Positions 12,750-54,954 of a DNA stretch of 64,000 nt are shown here, piece by piece (positions within the stretch are counted from its first letter, which is position 1; every line of letters begins with the position of its first letter). Location: contig NC_083425.1 of the NCBI RefSeq assembly GCF_020745735.1, positions 45,557,575 to 45,621,574 of the forward strand. The letters are read 5' to 3'. The position numbers and the translations under genes were made by a program. Source of the DNA: Hemiscyllium ocellatum. Lineage: Eukaryota. The notes beneath the pieces were generated by a model. That model saw only the letters and a list, made by a program, of their open reading frames with translations, did not search any database and had not been told where the DNA came from.

Positions 12750-15700
12750 CCTGCAGGCAGTGGTGCTCCTATGCAGCTGTTACCCTTGTCTTTCTTAGTG
12801 ATTGTGGTCTCAGGTTTGGGTGATGAAGCAGACTTGACAAGTAGCTACCAATCCCATAAATCCTTTATGGTCATGCAGCAACTTTGGTGGGTAAATGGTG
12901 GAGATGGCAAATGCTCCCTGCGGTGAATGGAATAACAATCAAGTGTGCTGCTTTGTCTTGCATGCTATTGAGCTTTAGAGTGCTTTGGAATTGCCTTCAT
13001 CCAGAGAAGTGAAGAATATTTCATCATATTTCTGATTTGTCACTTGTTGAAAGTGAATACATTCTGGGAAATCAGGGATTACTTACTGCACAAATTCTAC
13101 GTTTGACCTGCTCTTATTGCCACAATACTTATCTGTCCAGGTCCAGTTCAATTCCTGTTCAATGCTGACTTGCAAATTGTGGATGATGGGGAGTTTGTGG
13201 ACAGAAATCTTGTTGAGTGCCAATTGAAGGTGGTTAGGCTTTCTTGTGCTGGAGGTAGTTGATGCCTGGCACTGGCATTGTCTTTTTATTTACGGGTTAT
13301 GGGTATCAGTGACTACATCAGTGCTTACCACCCAGCCAGAATGACCCTTGAAAAGGTGAGCTGCCTTCTTGAATTGTTGTGATCCATGTGCTATGGGTAG
13401 ATGCACTGTGATGTTTGGGACAGAGTTCCAATATTTTGACCCAGTGACTATGGCAGGATGGTGAAACATTGCCATGTCAGGTTCATGCACAACTTGAAAT
13501 GGAAACTTGCAGATAGAGGTCCTCCCATCTATCTGATGCCCTCCTTTTTCCAGGTGACAGACTTCATTGGTTTGAAAGGCACTATGTAAGGAACCTTGGA
13601 AAGTTGTTTCAATTATCTTGAGCATGCAACTGTACATCAATGGTAGAGTGGGTGAATGTTGAACATTTTAGTCGGTGAGCAAATCAAGTGGGCTGCTTTG
13701 GCTGGATGATGTTGAGTTTCAAGGTTTGTGTAAAATTTGTAGTTCAGATACCAGTTGTTGTAGTTGTATGTATGTTTGCCAAGCTGGGAAGTTGATTTTC
13801 AAATGTTCTGGCCCCTGTCTAGGTGACATCTTCAGTGCTTTGGACCCTCCTGTGAAGTGCTGCTGTACTGTATCTTCTGGAATTTATTTGTTTCCATTCC
13901 TGCTGCTTCTGATTGCTGGTTCAGTTATTCATTGTAGTAGCCAGGATACCTATTGGGTCTAGATCTATGTCTTTGTTGATGGAGTCCATGGATTCTATGC
14001 AGAGACTACACAAAACAATATGCAGGACAAACGGGTAGACAACTAGCAATCCGCATTCACGAACACCAACTAGCCACTAAATGCAACAACCAGCTGTCCC
14101 TACTAGCCATACACAAAGGTGACAAGGATAACAAATTTGACTGGGACAACAAAATGATCAGAGGACAAGTTAAGCAGAGGACAGCCAGAGAATTTCTAGA
14201 AGCATGGCACTCATCCATGGACTCCACCACCAAACACATAGACCTAGACCTAATAAACCAAGCACTACAATGAACAACTGGAACCAGCAACTAGAAATAG
14301 CAGTAAGTGAACCAAATAAATTCTAGAAGACACAGTACAGCAGTGCTTCACAGGAGGCTCCAAAGCACTGAAGATGTCACCTCGACAGAAGACAAAATGT
14401 CTGCAAATCAACTTCCCAGCTCAGTGAACAAACCTACAACCACAGTGATATTGAATTCCTAGAGTGTTGTTGAAGCTGCACTCATCCAGGCAAGCGAGGA
14501 GTATTCTATCATAGCCAATCTTATGTCCTTTTACATAGTGAACATCAGAAACAGGAGATGATTTACTTGTAAAGAATCCCTAGCCTCTGAGCTGTTCTTG
14601 TAGCTGCAATATTTATATGGCTGCTTCAGTTCAGTTTCTGGTCAATGGCAATCCCTTGGACATTGACTGTGAAGGATTTGGTCACATTAATGACATTGAA
14701 TATCAAGGGATGATGGTTAAATTTTCTCTTGTTGAAGATGGCCTTTCCTTTGCACTTCTGTGGCATAGTGATTATTTGTGACTTACTACCCAAGCCTGGA
14801 TGTTGTCCATGCTATGCTATATTTGGACATAGCCTACTTTAGTATCTGAGGAGTTACAAATGGTACTGAGAAAATGAATAAAAAAATTAGCAAAATTCCC
14901 AACTCTGACTTTAAGATAAAGAGAAGGTCATTGATGAAACGTTTGAAGTAGTTGGGTCCAAGACACTAAAGAACTCCTGAGGAACCCCTTCAGAGTTGTC
15001 CTATACCTGCTATAATTGACTTGTAGCAACTCCAACTGATCCCCTTTATGCTAAGCATGACTCCAATTCATGGAGGGTTTTTACCCTAATCCCATTGACT
15101 TCAATTGCACTAGGAGTTCTTCAATGCCACATTTTCTCAAATGCTGACATAATATTAAGAACAGATACCTGCCTGTCCTCTCTAAAGCTCAACTCATCTG
15201 CATTTAGACTAAGGCTAGAATGAGATCAAGAGTTAAATTGACCTGACAGAACCCAAACTGAGAATAGTAAACAGATTATTATTGATTAAGTGACATTTGA
15301 CAAGACATTGACAATGCCTTATATAAGTTGGTGAGAGTAGAATAGTACACTGATCAGTCAAGTTGGATTTGTCTTGCTTTTCATGTACAAAACATATTCG
15401 GTCAATTTTTGACATTGTGTGGTACATGTCAGTGATTTAGTTTTACTAGAAAGCTTGGCTAGGGGTGTAGCAAATTCTGAAGCACAAGTCTTCCCAAAAT
15501 CATGTCAGGCCCATCGCCTTTGCAGTATCCAATGCCTCTAATGTTTCTTATTATCATGTGAAATGAATTGAATTGGCTGAAGGCTCAATCTGTAATTCTG
15601 GGGAGTGTAGGAGGAATTATGGTGGATTATCTATTCAACATTCCTGGCAGATGCTTGCAAATGCGTCAGTGCGCTGGGCTCCCTTATCCTTTAAGATGGG

Positions 15701-16000
15701 CATATTTGTGGACCGTTCTCCTCCAGAACATTGTTTAATTGATCATAGGTGGCAGGACTGCAGAATCTGGTTTATTGAATCGTTATATATGGTATATGCT
15801 GCTTTTGCTGTTTGGCTGGCAGACTGTGTTGTAACTTCACTAAATTGACACCTCATACTTAGGCATGCATGGTGCTCCTTCTGGAAAGACCTCCTGCACT
15901 GTTCATTGAACCAGGGTTAGCCCCTCGGCTTGTTGGTGATGTTAGAGTGACGGATATCCTGGGCTATGTATTGTGATCAAACACAATTACTTAGAATGCT
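12750..16000 (-). mobile_element. Old CR1/L2-clade LINE remnants (host of a Penelope insertion)
   Basis: Similar to the minus-strand element at 28120-28860/30520-32260 and to the RT fragment at 2330. Confidence 0.65.
13721..14446 (+). mobile_element. Penelope-like element, 5'-truncated, with inverted pseudo-LTR
   Basis: 14000-14085 encodes the GIY-YIG remnant CRDYTKQYAGQTGRQLAIRIHEHQLATK. 13755-13995 is the reverse complement of 14195-14445. Hammerhead-like motif at 14365-14404. Diverged TSD GATGTTGAGTTTC / GATATTGAATTCC. Confidence 0.8.
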
Positions 16001-16327
16001 ATTTGTGACACAAATAAGAGCCATTTTAATATTGTGGCAAATGGAGAAACCTGACTAGAATTCCCAGAAAGATGTGTAAAGATTTCAGAAGGGAAAAATG
16101 TTCAAGGACTTTGAAGAAGAATTAAGGGTTGAAGATTGGTGAATTATATTATTTGCTGGCTTGAAATAGTGTATGGAGAATTCAAATTATTGTATTCAAA
16201 GTCTAAGTTGTCCATGTTTGGGCATATTTGGAAGTTGCAGTTAGGCCGACTAGGTTTTGAGATGATGGCAAGTAGAAATTGTTTCCTACAAATTCCCTAA
16301 TTTTGGAATAAAAACTGATGATAAACT

Positions 16328-16712
16328 TATGGGTGGCACAGTGGCTCAGTGGTTAGCACTGCTGCCTCACAGCGCCAAGGACCCAGGTTCAATTCCTGCC
16401 TCAGGCGACTGTCTGTGTGGAGTTTGCACATTCTCCCCGTGTCTGCGTGGGTTTCCTTCGGGTGCTCCAGTTTCCTCCCACAATCCAAAGATGTGCAGGA
16501 TAGGTGAATTGGCCATGCTAAATTGCCCCTAGTGTTAGCTGCATTGGGTTGGGATATCTGGTCAGCATGGACGGGTTGGACCGAAGGGTCTGTTTTCATG
16601 CTGTACATCTCTATGACTCTAAATGGGTCTGGGAGGGTTACTCTTTGAACGGTCGGTATGGATTTGCAGAGCCAAAGGGCCTGTTTCCATACCGTAGGGA
16701 ATCTAATCTAAT
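16328..16712 (+). mobile_element. tRNA-derived SINE interrupted by a CR1 3' tail (~16545-16620)
   Basis: Box A/B head GGTGGCACAGTGGCTCAGTGGTTAGCACTG...GGTTCAATTCC and an (ATCTA)n tail. The internal segment ends CATCTCTATGACTCT, as in CR1 tails. Confidence 0.85.
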
Positions 16713-16737
16713 GCTGGAAATGACAACCAAGTGAATG

Positions 16738-16960
16738 GAAATAGAAACAGAAATTGCTGGAGAAACTCATTAGGTCTGGCAGCATCTAAACAGAGAGAAA
16801 GGCAGTTGAAGTATCAATCTGGTGACCCCTTCTTCAGAACTGATAGGAGCTGGGCAAAGGCTTAGTTATGCAGATGAACGAGGGTCAGGGTTAGCTGGAG
16901 ACGAATTCCAGAGAGAGAGATAGAAAAGAACGTTAGACAAAGAGATGGTTAACAGGAAGC
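16738..16960 (-). mobile_element. Penelope-like terminal fragment
   Basis: GAAATTGCTGGAGAAACTC..GGTCTGGCAGCATCT..GACCCCTTCTTCAGAAC matches the elements at 58160 and 62830; degenerate hammerhead on the minus strand. Confidence 0.6.
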
Positions 16961-17267
16961 CAGTGGAAATGAAAATAGAGATGATAATATTCTGTCACCT
17001 CGGGTAGAACAGTTCAGGTTCCATCTATAATGTAATGTCAGGTAGGGACTAGAATAAAAATAAAGAGCGGGACCCCATACCACTTCCCATTCATTTTGCA
17101 TTGGACTAAGTACAAAATCTACCTTTACAACCTGGTAACAAAAAAAAATCTGTTGGCATCTGTTGGCTTCCACTTTAAAGGATCTGAAGACCATCATTGT
17201 CTTTAGACCGAGGCAAATGTTCTCCATTAAATCCATTGATCTTTTGTTTACACAGTAAAACGCAAAG

Positions 17268-46473
<29,206 letters not shown>

Positions 46474-46546
46474 AGCTGATTCAGCAATTCAGCAGTGAAT
46501 ACAAGAAATCTGCATAATGTGAATTTCTTTGTATTCAATTAAGAAC

Positions 46547-46552
46547 AATAAA
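46547..46552 (+). terminator. Polyadenylation signal of gene A
   Basis: AATAAA ~75 nt after the TGA stop, followed by T/GT-rich sequence. Confidence 0.8.
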
Positions 46553-46982
46553 ATCTTTATTTCCTTGTAAATCTAGATCTGTTTCATTTGATATTCACTT
46601 ATGAATTGTTTTGTTAGTCTTTTGAATACATACATTCGGGAAAACTTAGAAATGCACTTCCACAGTTCTTATTTGTTGTAGAAAATGTTAAACAGAGATT
46701 TTATTGTTATATCAAATTTAATGAAAATGAGCTTCCTTGATATATTTTATGTACTTTAGGGAAATTCAGGAGTAGGTGTTATAGTTTGTTCAAATTGCAT
46801 TTATAATATTCCAAGATTGGAGTTTTGTGAAATGGATAACATAAAACCAGTTGTCAGATATTGACTGCGAATTTTCTGTGGGCTTCCAAAAGGACTAGGT
46901 AAGCCATACTACCATCTAGAAGGACAAGGGCAGCAGATACATCAAAACACCAGCACCTTCAGGATCCCTTTGCAGCCACTCA

Positions 46983-47111
46983 TGTTATGAAGGGCTTATA
47001 CTCGAAACATCGATTCTCCTGCTCCTTGGATGCTGCCTGACCGGTTGTGCTTTTCCAGCACCACACTCTTCAACTCTGATCTGCAGCATCCACAGTCCTC
47101 ACCTTCTCCTG
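46983..47111 (+). mobile_element. Penelope terminal fragment inserted in a LINE tail (46880-47310)
   Basis: ATGAAGGGCTTATACTCGAAACATCGA...GATGCTGCCTGACC; 9-bp TSD AGCCACTCA at 46974-46982 and 47112-47120. Confidence 0.75.
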
Positions 47112-48959
47112 AGCCACTCACCATCTTGACATGGAATTATGTCAGGGTTGTTGGGTCAAATTCCTGGAAGTCCCTCCCTAATAACATTGTGAGTCTACCT
47201 ACAGTACATGGATTACAGCACTTCAAGCGCCTTCTCGAGGGTAGCTAGGGATAGGCAATAAATGCTGGCTGAGACAATGAAGCTCACATTCTACAAGTGA
47301 TTTAAAAAACTGTAAGAAGAGTTTTTCATTGATTTGATATACTCATCAATGCACAAAGATGTATGGATATATTAAAACTGCTGGATGTAATATTTTCTTG
47401 TAAGCCAATGCTAACTATCATTAGTACATCAGAGTTACCACATTATGCATCACCAATTTCATTGTAACAAAATGCAACACACCAACAAATTTTTCTATTA
47501 TTTTCTAATATTTTCTATTTTTTCTTAAATACACAGAAGGAGAACAGGGATCTGCAAGTCATATCTTAAAGTTTACACACCAGCTGATTAACACACCTTT
47601 GAACTGTAATAAATTACAGCCTAAACTATCTCAATAGATACACTTAGAGCCAATCACCTGAGAATGGCATGCACAATCCTGCAAAATTAGTTAAATCAAA
47701 GACAAAGTAAGGACAAAATTGGAGTACTCAGTAGTACTTTATTCAGTAATAGAAAATATTCAACAGGTCAGCTATCTGTGATGAAAAATTACTTTGAACA
47801 TCTATACGGTGCAATTACACCCATGAGAAAAGTTAAGGATGTGAGATACATACAATTAAGTAATAGAATTACAAATGCAAAGGTAGAATTGTTACGCTGT
47901 TAAAGAAGAAGGAGCTTAGTTTTTGAATCATAACTTATACTACAACATGAATAAGTTGCAAGGTTAGAATATATGTTAGCTTGGTTATATTTACAGAATG
48001 CATTCAGTGAATCATTGACAAATTCTGAGGTTTGAACATGTCAGACATATCTTAAAGTTACGATTTTGAAAATTCTTGATCTTCTAGTGCATTGAGCATT
48101 GTCGCTGTGATTTTTGACTTCTTCTGGAATGCTTATTTTCTGGGATGCTCATCTTCTGAGATTGTCTGTTGTAGAAAGTTGCAAACATTATTGTCCTCCT
48201 CAGTACGTTTCTCAAATCAGCTCAATTATTTAAAGAAGTCAAAGAGAACAAAGGAAAAAGTTTTAATTACAGAAATTATATACAGACTGCTTTCACTTAG
48301 CTAAAGGCTTGTGTATTTGGATGTAGGGTTTGTTTATATGTTGCAAAATTAGTAAAAGATCACTAATTTTGAAAAATGAAACTAAATTGAAAGACTCCAG
48401 TAATTGTTTATAGATTCTGTTTTGTTCATATTCCAAAAATGGAAGCAATTCATGGCACCTGTGAGAGAGAATGTAAGAAGGTGAGAGGAAGACTTAAAGC
48501 CTTTTCATCCTAATTTCAGCTGTCTTTTGTAAAATGCTTGCAATTTTGAATCATATCTAGTAGTCATTTAATTATTTTTATTTTGTTTGTTACAGTTTGA
48601 ACATGAAAAATTTCAAATGGTTAAAACAGATTTTAAAAAGGCTAAATTGTCTTGGAGGAGGTGTTAAGGTCAAATTCGGAAACTTTCTGATTCAGCAAAT
48701 ATACCTCCTTTCAAAAATTCACCGCGGGGCAAAGGTGTTGGGGGAGGTGGCCAGATAGCAATTAGAATTAGGTTTATCGTAACATGTACTCACATATGTA
48801 CAGTGGAAACTTTACAAGTCGCCAGTTATGGTACCATCTTAAAGGTGCAGAATCTTAGATACAAAGCAGAAAAATAAAGAAACAAAGTTAAAAAGTTAAA
48901 CATTCTAGCCAACCGGTTAGAAATTTCACCTCCATTTTTGGGACATTGGTTCTGACCCG

Positions 48960-51900
48960 ATAATGAATGTAAGGCCCTCAAGCCATCAGCACTCATTTCT
49001 GTTAACCAAAAATGAATCCATGCCCCTCACATTTCCCACAGCCCTTCATATTCCCCTTGCCCTCTTCATGCTCCTCCATGCATCCTCCGTATCTGCTCAT
49101 CTCATATCCACTAATAGAGGGGGAACCAACATCCTGACAGGGAGATTTGCTAGAGCCACTCAGGAGGGTCTAAACTAGTCTGGCAGAGAGATAGGATTTA
49201 TTGCAGTAGGGAGACAAAACAGAAGGTTGAGAACAGTACAGAACTTAATGAGAGCAAGTCAAATAATAAAGGCTGTGTTGATAATCCTCATGCTAGATAT
49301 GGTAGGTGAGAGCGTGACAGGAAACAAGGCAAGTTTGGGTTAAACTGCGTTTATTTTAATGCAAGAGAACTGACAGATAAGGCAAATGAATTTGGAGCAT
49401 ATATGGGTGTATGGGACTGGGATATTATAGCTATTAGCTGAAACATAGCTAAGCCAGGACAGGACTGGCAATCCAATGTTCTGGGGTACAGATGCCACTG
49501 GAAGGATAGAAGGGTGGGCTAGAGAGGAGGGGAGTTGCATTTTTGATTAGGAAGGACATCACGGCAGTACTAAGAGAGGACATTCTTGAGGATTCATCTG
49601 CTGAGTCTACATGTAGAACTGAGAAATAAAATGGGGAGATCATTTAATAAAATTGTACTATTATCCCTCCAATAGTCAGTGGAAGATAGAGGAGCAAATA
49701 TGTAAGCAGATCACAGATTGCTGCAAGAATAATAGGATTGTAAAAGCACGGGATTTTAACTTTCCTTACATCGACTGGGACTGCCATAGTGTTAAGGGCT
49801 TGGATAGAGAGAAATTTGTTAAATGTGGTCATAAAGAAGTTTTCATGCAATATGTAGATGGCCCTACTGGAGAAGGGGAAAAACTTGACTTCCTCTTGGG
49901 AAATAAGGCAGGGTAAGTGATGGAAGTAATAGTGGGGCAGCACTTTAGGACTAGTGACCATAATTCCATTAGATTTATAATACCTATGGAAAAGAATAGG
50001 TCTGGTCCACAAGTTAAAGTTTTTATTTTACTTTATTCATTCACAGGATGAGAGCATTGCTGGCCAGGCAGCATTTATTGCCCATCCCTAATTGTCCAGA
50101 GGGCAGTTAAGAGTCAATCACATTGCTGTAGGTCTGGAGTCAGATGTAGGCCAGACCAGGTAAAGACAACAGATCCCTTTCCTAAAAGAGAACTGTGAAC
50201 CAGATGGGTTTTTCCAATAATTGACAATGGATTCATGGTCAGCATTCAACTCTTAATTCCAGATATTTATTGAATTCAAATTCCACCATCTGCCAGGGTG
50301 GGATTCAAACAGGAACTTTCAAAAGTCAATTGGGGAGGTTGTTTGCATGCAAAGGGACATCTGGTAAGTGGGAGGCTTTCAAAAGTGAGTTCATGAGAGT
50401 TCAGGGTCAGCATGTTGTGTTTATGAATGAAGGCTGGCAGGACTAGGGAACCCTATTGGATGACTAGAGTTGTTGGGGCCCTGCTCAAGAAAAAGGAGGC
50501 ATATGTCACATATATACAGCTGTGATCAAGTGAATTCCTTGAGGAGTACAGAGGGTGTCAGAGCACACTTAAGAGAGAAATCAGGAGGACTAAAAGGGGA
50601 CATGTGATGGCTTTAGCAGATAAAGTAAAGGAAACTCCAGAGATTCTACAAGTACATGAAGGACAAAAGTGTAACTAGGGAGGGAATTGGACACCTTAAG
50701 GATCAACAAGTCCATCTATGCATGTAACCACATGAGATAGGTGAGATCCTAAATTAATATTTCTTGTGAGCATCTACTATTTAGAAAGGCCTGGATGCTA
50801 GAGATATTGGTGAAATAAATAGTGATGACTTGAAGAGAGTCCACAATGCAGAAGAGAACATGCTGGAAGTCTTAAAATGCAATAAAGTCCCAGGACCTGA
50901 TGAAATATATCCCAGGACTTTTTAGGAGACTAGGGAACAAATTGCGGACTCTTTGCAGAGAAATTTGTTTCATCGACAGCCACAGGTGAAGTTCCCCGAA
51001 GATTGGAAGGTGGCTAATGTTGTGCCCTTATTACAAAAGGCTGAGGGAAATGCCTGGGAACTACAAATAAGTGAACCTAACATCTATGGTGGGTAACGTG
51101 TTCAAGGGGTTTCTGAGAGACAGGATATACAGGCATTTAGAGAGGCAAGGATTTAGGATGGTCAGCATGGCTTTGTGCATGGGAAATTGTGTCTCATAGA
51201 TTTGATTGAGTTTTTTGAAGGAGTGACCAAGACGGTGGATGAGGTGCACTGCAGTAGATATTGTCTACATGAACTTGGTACTGCATGGCAGGTTGAAGAG
51301 TAAGATTAAATCTCACAGGATCCTGGGAAAGCTAGCTAATTGGATATAAAATTGGCTTGACAGTAGAAGACAAAGGATCTTGGTAGATGGTTATTTTTCA
51401 GATTGGAGGCCTGTGACCAATGATGTGCCACAGGCATTGTTGCTGATCTACTGTTATTTGTCATTTACCTAAATGATTTGGATGAGAATTTAGGAGGTAT
51501 GGTTGGTAAGTTTGTGGATGACACCAAGATTGATGGTAGAGCAGATAGAGATGAAGGTTATCTGGGAATACAGCGAGAACTTGATCAACTGAGCCAGTGC
51601 GCTAAGGAATGGCAGTTGGAGTTTAATTTTGGGTATGACTAACACAATCAATGATAGGGCCTTGGGGAGAGTTACAGAACAAAGAGATCTAGGTGCACTG
51701 GTTCATAGCTCCTTGAAAGTGGAGTCACACATAGACAGGATGGTGAAGAAGGCTGTCGGCATGATTGCTTTCATCAGTCAGGGCACTGAGTATAGGATTG
51801 GGACATTTTGTTGCAGCTGCACAAGACATTGGTAAGGCTACATTTGGAGTACGGCATGAAGTAAAAGTATTATTAAACTAGAAAGAGTGGAGAAAAGATT

Positions 51901-51960
51901 TACTAGGATGCTGTCTGGACTGGAAGGTTTGAGTCATAGGGAGAAGCTGGCTAGCCTAGG
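48960..51960 (+). mobile_element. Long degenerate CR1 LINE (ORF1 end, endonuclease, RT)
   Basis: NRGGTNILTGRFARA (ORF1 esterase end), LNCVYFNAR (ORF2 start), DFNFPYIDW...LDFLLGN (APE endonuclease), then RT motifs. SINE-like insert at 50030-50310. Confidence 0.85.
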
Positions 51961-51964
51961 AATT

Positions 51965-52350
51965 AGAGTCATAGAGATGTACAGCACACAACAAGGCCCC
52001 TCTGGTGATGAAGGAGCAGCAATCTGAAAGCTAGTGTTTCCAAATAAACTTGTTGGACTATAACCTGCTGACCAGGTATCCAAAATTAATCTAGTCTCAT
52101 TTTCCTCTAAACTCTTCCTATTCAAATACCCATCCAGATGCCTTTTAAATGTTGTAATTGTATCAGCCTCCATCACTTCCTCTGGCAACTCATACAATAC
52201 ACATACCACCTTATTTTCCCCTGAGTCCATTTTAAATCTTTCCCCTCTCACCTAAACATATGTCCTCTAGTTTTTGACTCTTTCACCCAGGGAAATGACC
52301 TTATCGATTCACTCTATCCATACCCTTCATTATTTTATAAACATCTATAA
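51965..52350 (-). mobile_element. CR1 3' end containing a Penelope hammerhead fragment (52005-52067, +)
   Basis: TGATGAAGGAGCAGCAATCTGAAAGCTAGTG...GGACTATAACCTG sits inside a CR1 tail. Confidence 0.75.
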
Positions 52351-53107
52351 TGCCTCAGATGCTGCAAAGAAATTTAAGAAAGGTGGTAAGGAAAACCAGG
52401 GAATTGTAGACCAGTGAGCCTAACATAAGTGGTGGGCAAATTGTTGGAGGAAATCTTAAGAGACAGGATTTACATTATTGGAAAGGCAAGGACTGATTAG
52501 GGATAGTCATCATGGCTTTGTGCATGGGACATCAAGTCTCAGTAACTTCATTGAGTTTTTTAAAGAAATAACAAAGAGGATTGATGAGTGGTGGACATGA
52601 TCTATAACGACTTCGGTAAGGTATTCGACAAGGTTCCTCATGGTAGACTGGTTAGCCAGGTTAGATCTCATGGAATACAGAGAGAACTAGCCACTTGGAT
52701 ATAGACAACAGGGTGGTGGTGGAGGGTTGCTTTTCAGACTGGAGACCTGTGACCAATGGTGTGCCACAAGGATTGATGGTGGATCCACTGCTTTTCATCA
52801 TTTATATAAATAATTTGGATGTGAACAAAGGAGATATATTTAGTATGTTTGCAGATAACATCAAAAAGGAGGTGTAGTGGACAATGAAGAAGGCTATTTC
52901 AGAGTAAAATGGAATCTTGATCAGGTGGGCCAATGGGTTGAGGAGTGGCAGATGGATTTTAATTTCAATAAATGTGAGGTGCTGCATTTTGGAAAGGCAA
53001 ATCAGGGCAGGACTTATACACTTAATGGTAAGGTCCTGGGAAGTGTTGCTGAACAAAGAGCCATTGAAGTGCAGGTTCATAGTTCCTTGAAAGTGGAGTC
53101 ACAGGTA

Positions 53108-53446
53108 TGAATTAGAATCCCTACAGTGTGGGAACAGGCCCTTCGGCCCAACAAGTCCACAGTGACCCTCTGAAGAGTAACCCACCCCTACCTTACTAAC
53201 CTATATTTACCCCTGATTAATGCATCTAAACTACACATCATTGAACATTATGGACAATGTAGCATGGCCACTTCTCCTAACCTGCACGTCTTTTGGATTG
53301 TGGGAGGAAGCAGAGCTCCTGGAGAAAACCCATGCAGAGACAGGGAGAATGTGCAAATTCCATACAGACAGTCACCCGAGGCTGGAATCAAACCCGGGTC
53401 CCCGGCATTGTGAGGCAGCAGTGCTAACCACTGAGCCACCATGCAG
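53108..53446 (-). mobile_element. tRNA-derived SINE (HE1-like) inserted in CR1
   Basis: Homologous to 1942-2246. Confidence 0.85.
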
Positions 53447-54536
53447 TAATTGGGATACTGAAGAAGGCATTTGGTATGCTTTCTTTTATTGGTCAGAACA
53501 TTGAGTATAAGAGTTGGGAGGTTATGTTGCAGCTGTACAGGACATTGGTTAGGCCACTTTTGGAAAATTGTGTGCCATTCTAGTCTCCCTCCTATCAGAA
53601 GGGGTTTGTGAAATTTGAAAGGGTTCAGAAAAGATTAACAAGGATGTTGCCAGGGTTGGAGGGCTTGAGCTATAGGGAGAGGCTGAATAGGCTGGGGCTA
53701 GTCAACCTCCAGTCTTCTGGCATCTCACCTGTGACTATCAAATATTTCAACAATGTGATACAAATATCTCAACAATGGGCGCAGCAAACACTTCCTTCGC
53801 TTCCCACAAAGTCCTGGGGATTTATCCACCTTTATGCGATTTAAGACATCCAGCACCTCCTCCTCTGAAATATGGACATTTTTTCAAGATGTCAATCTAT
53901 TTCCTCACGTTCTATATCTTCCATGTCCTTCTCTACAGTAAACACTAATACAAAATATTTGTTTAGTATCTCTTCCATCTCTTGTGGTTCCACAGCATAA
54001 GCTGCCTTGCTGATCTGTGAGGGGCCCTATTTGTTCCCTTTTTACCCTTTCATCCTTAATGTATTTATAAAATCCCTTGGGATTCTCCTTAACCCTACTT
54101 GCCAAAGCTACCTCATATCCCCTTTTTGCCCTCTTGATTTCCCTTTTAAGTACACTCCTACTGCCTTTGTATCCTTTTAAGGATTCACTTGATCTCTGCT
54201 GTCTTCCTTCTTTCTCTTAACTAAAACCTCATTTGTCTCTGGTCATCCAGCTTTCCCTATACCTACCAACCTTTCCTTTCACCCTAACAGGAACACACTG
54301 TCTCTGGACTCTCATTATCTCATTTTTGAAGCCTTCCCAACTTCCAGCCGTTCCTTTACCTGTGAACATCTGCTGGTAATTAACTTTTGAAAGTTCTTGC
54401 TTAATGTGATCAAAATTGGCCTTCCTCCAATTTAGAACTTTAACTTTTAGATCCAGTCTTCTTTCCCTGAAGTGTAGGAAACTGAGGGGTGACCTTAAAG
54501 TAGTCTTTAAAATTATGAGAGGCATAGATAAAGTAG

Positions 54537-54727
54537 GTAACAAGCAGGAGGCTGGAAAAACACAGCAAGCTGGAAGCACCAGGAGGTGGTGACGTCCTGA
54601 AGAAGGGTTACACCCGAAATGTTGACTCTGCCTCCTGATGCTTCCTGGCTTGTTGTGTTCTTTCAGCCTCCTGCATTGCTACCTTGGATTCCAGCATCTA
54701 CAGTTTTATTTTTATCTTTAACTATAC
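54537..54727. mobile_element. Short Penelope-derived inverted-repeat insertion with hammerhead-like motif
   Basis: Arms at 54537-54590 and 54628-54684. Motif GTC-CTGAAGA-AGGGT-TAC-ACCC-GAAATGTT-GAC. 9-bp TSD ATAAAGTAG at 54528-54536 and 54728-54736. Confidence 0.8.
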
Positions 54728-54954
54728 ATAAAGTAGATAGCCAACTGTTTTCTCTATAGTAGGGGAATCTAAAACTAGAGGGCATTGGTTTAAGGTGAGA
54801 TAGGAGAGATGGAAAAGGGTCTAGTGGAGCCTTTCCACACAGAGGGAGCTGAATGGCTGGAATGGGCTGCCAGAGTTAGTGGTGGAGAGTACAATTTCAT
54901 CATTTAAGAAACATTTGGACAAGTACATTGATGGGATAGGTATGGAGGGATATG

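Larger units (their letters stand above)
52365..54954 (+). mobile_element. CR1 LINE complex (RT on +, inverted CR1 segment 53700-54455); tail resumes at 56371-56500
   Basis: ORFs 52695-53110(+) GVPQG...FADN...WQMDFNFNKCEVLHFG; ORFs 53905-54579(-) ASRVKENPKGFYKYIK. Confidence 0.85.

Noticed and set aside
16328-16410. tRNA gene
   Set aside because: Box A/B are present but continue into a SINE body and tail and recur in several copies, so this is a SINE head.
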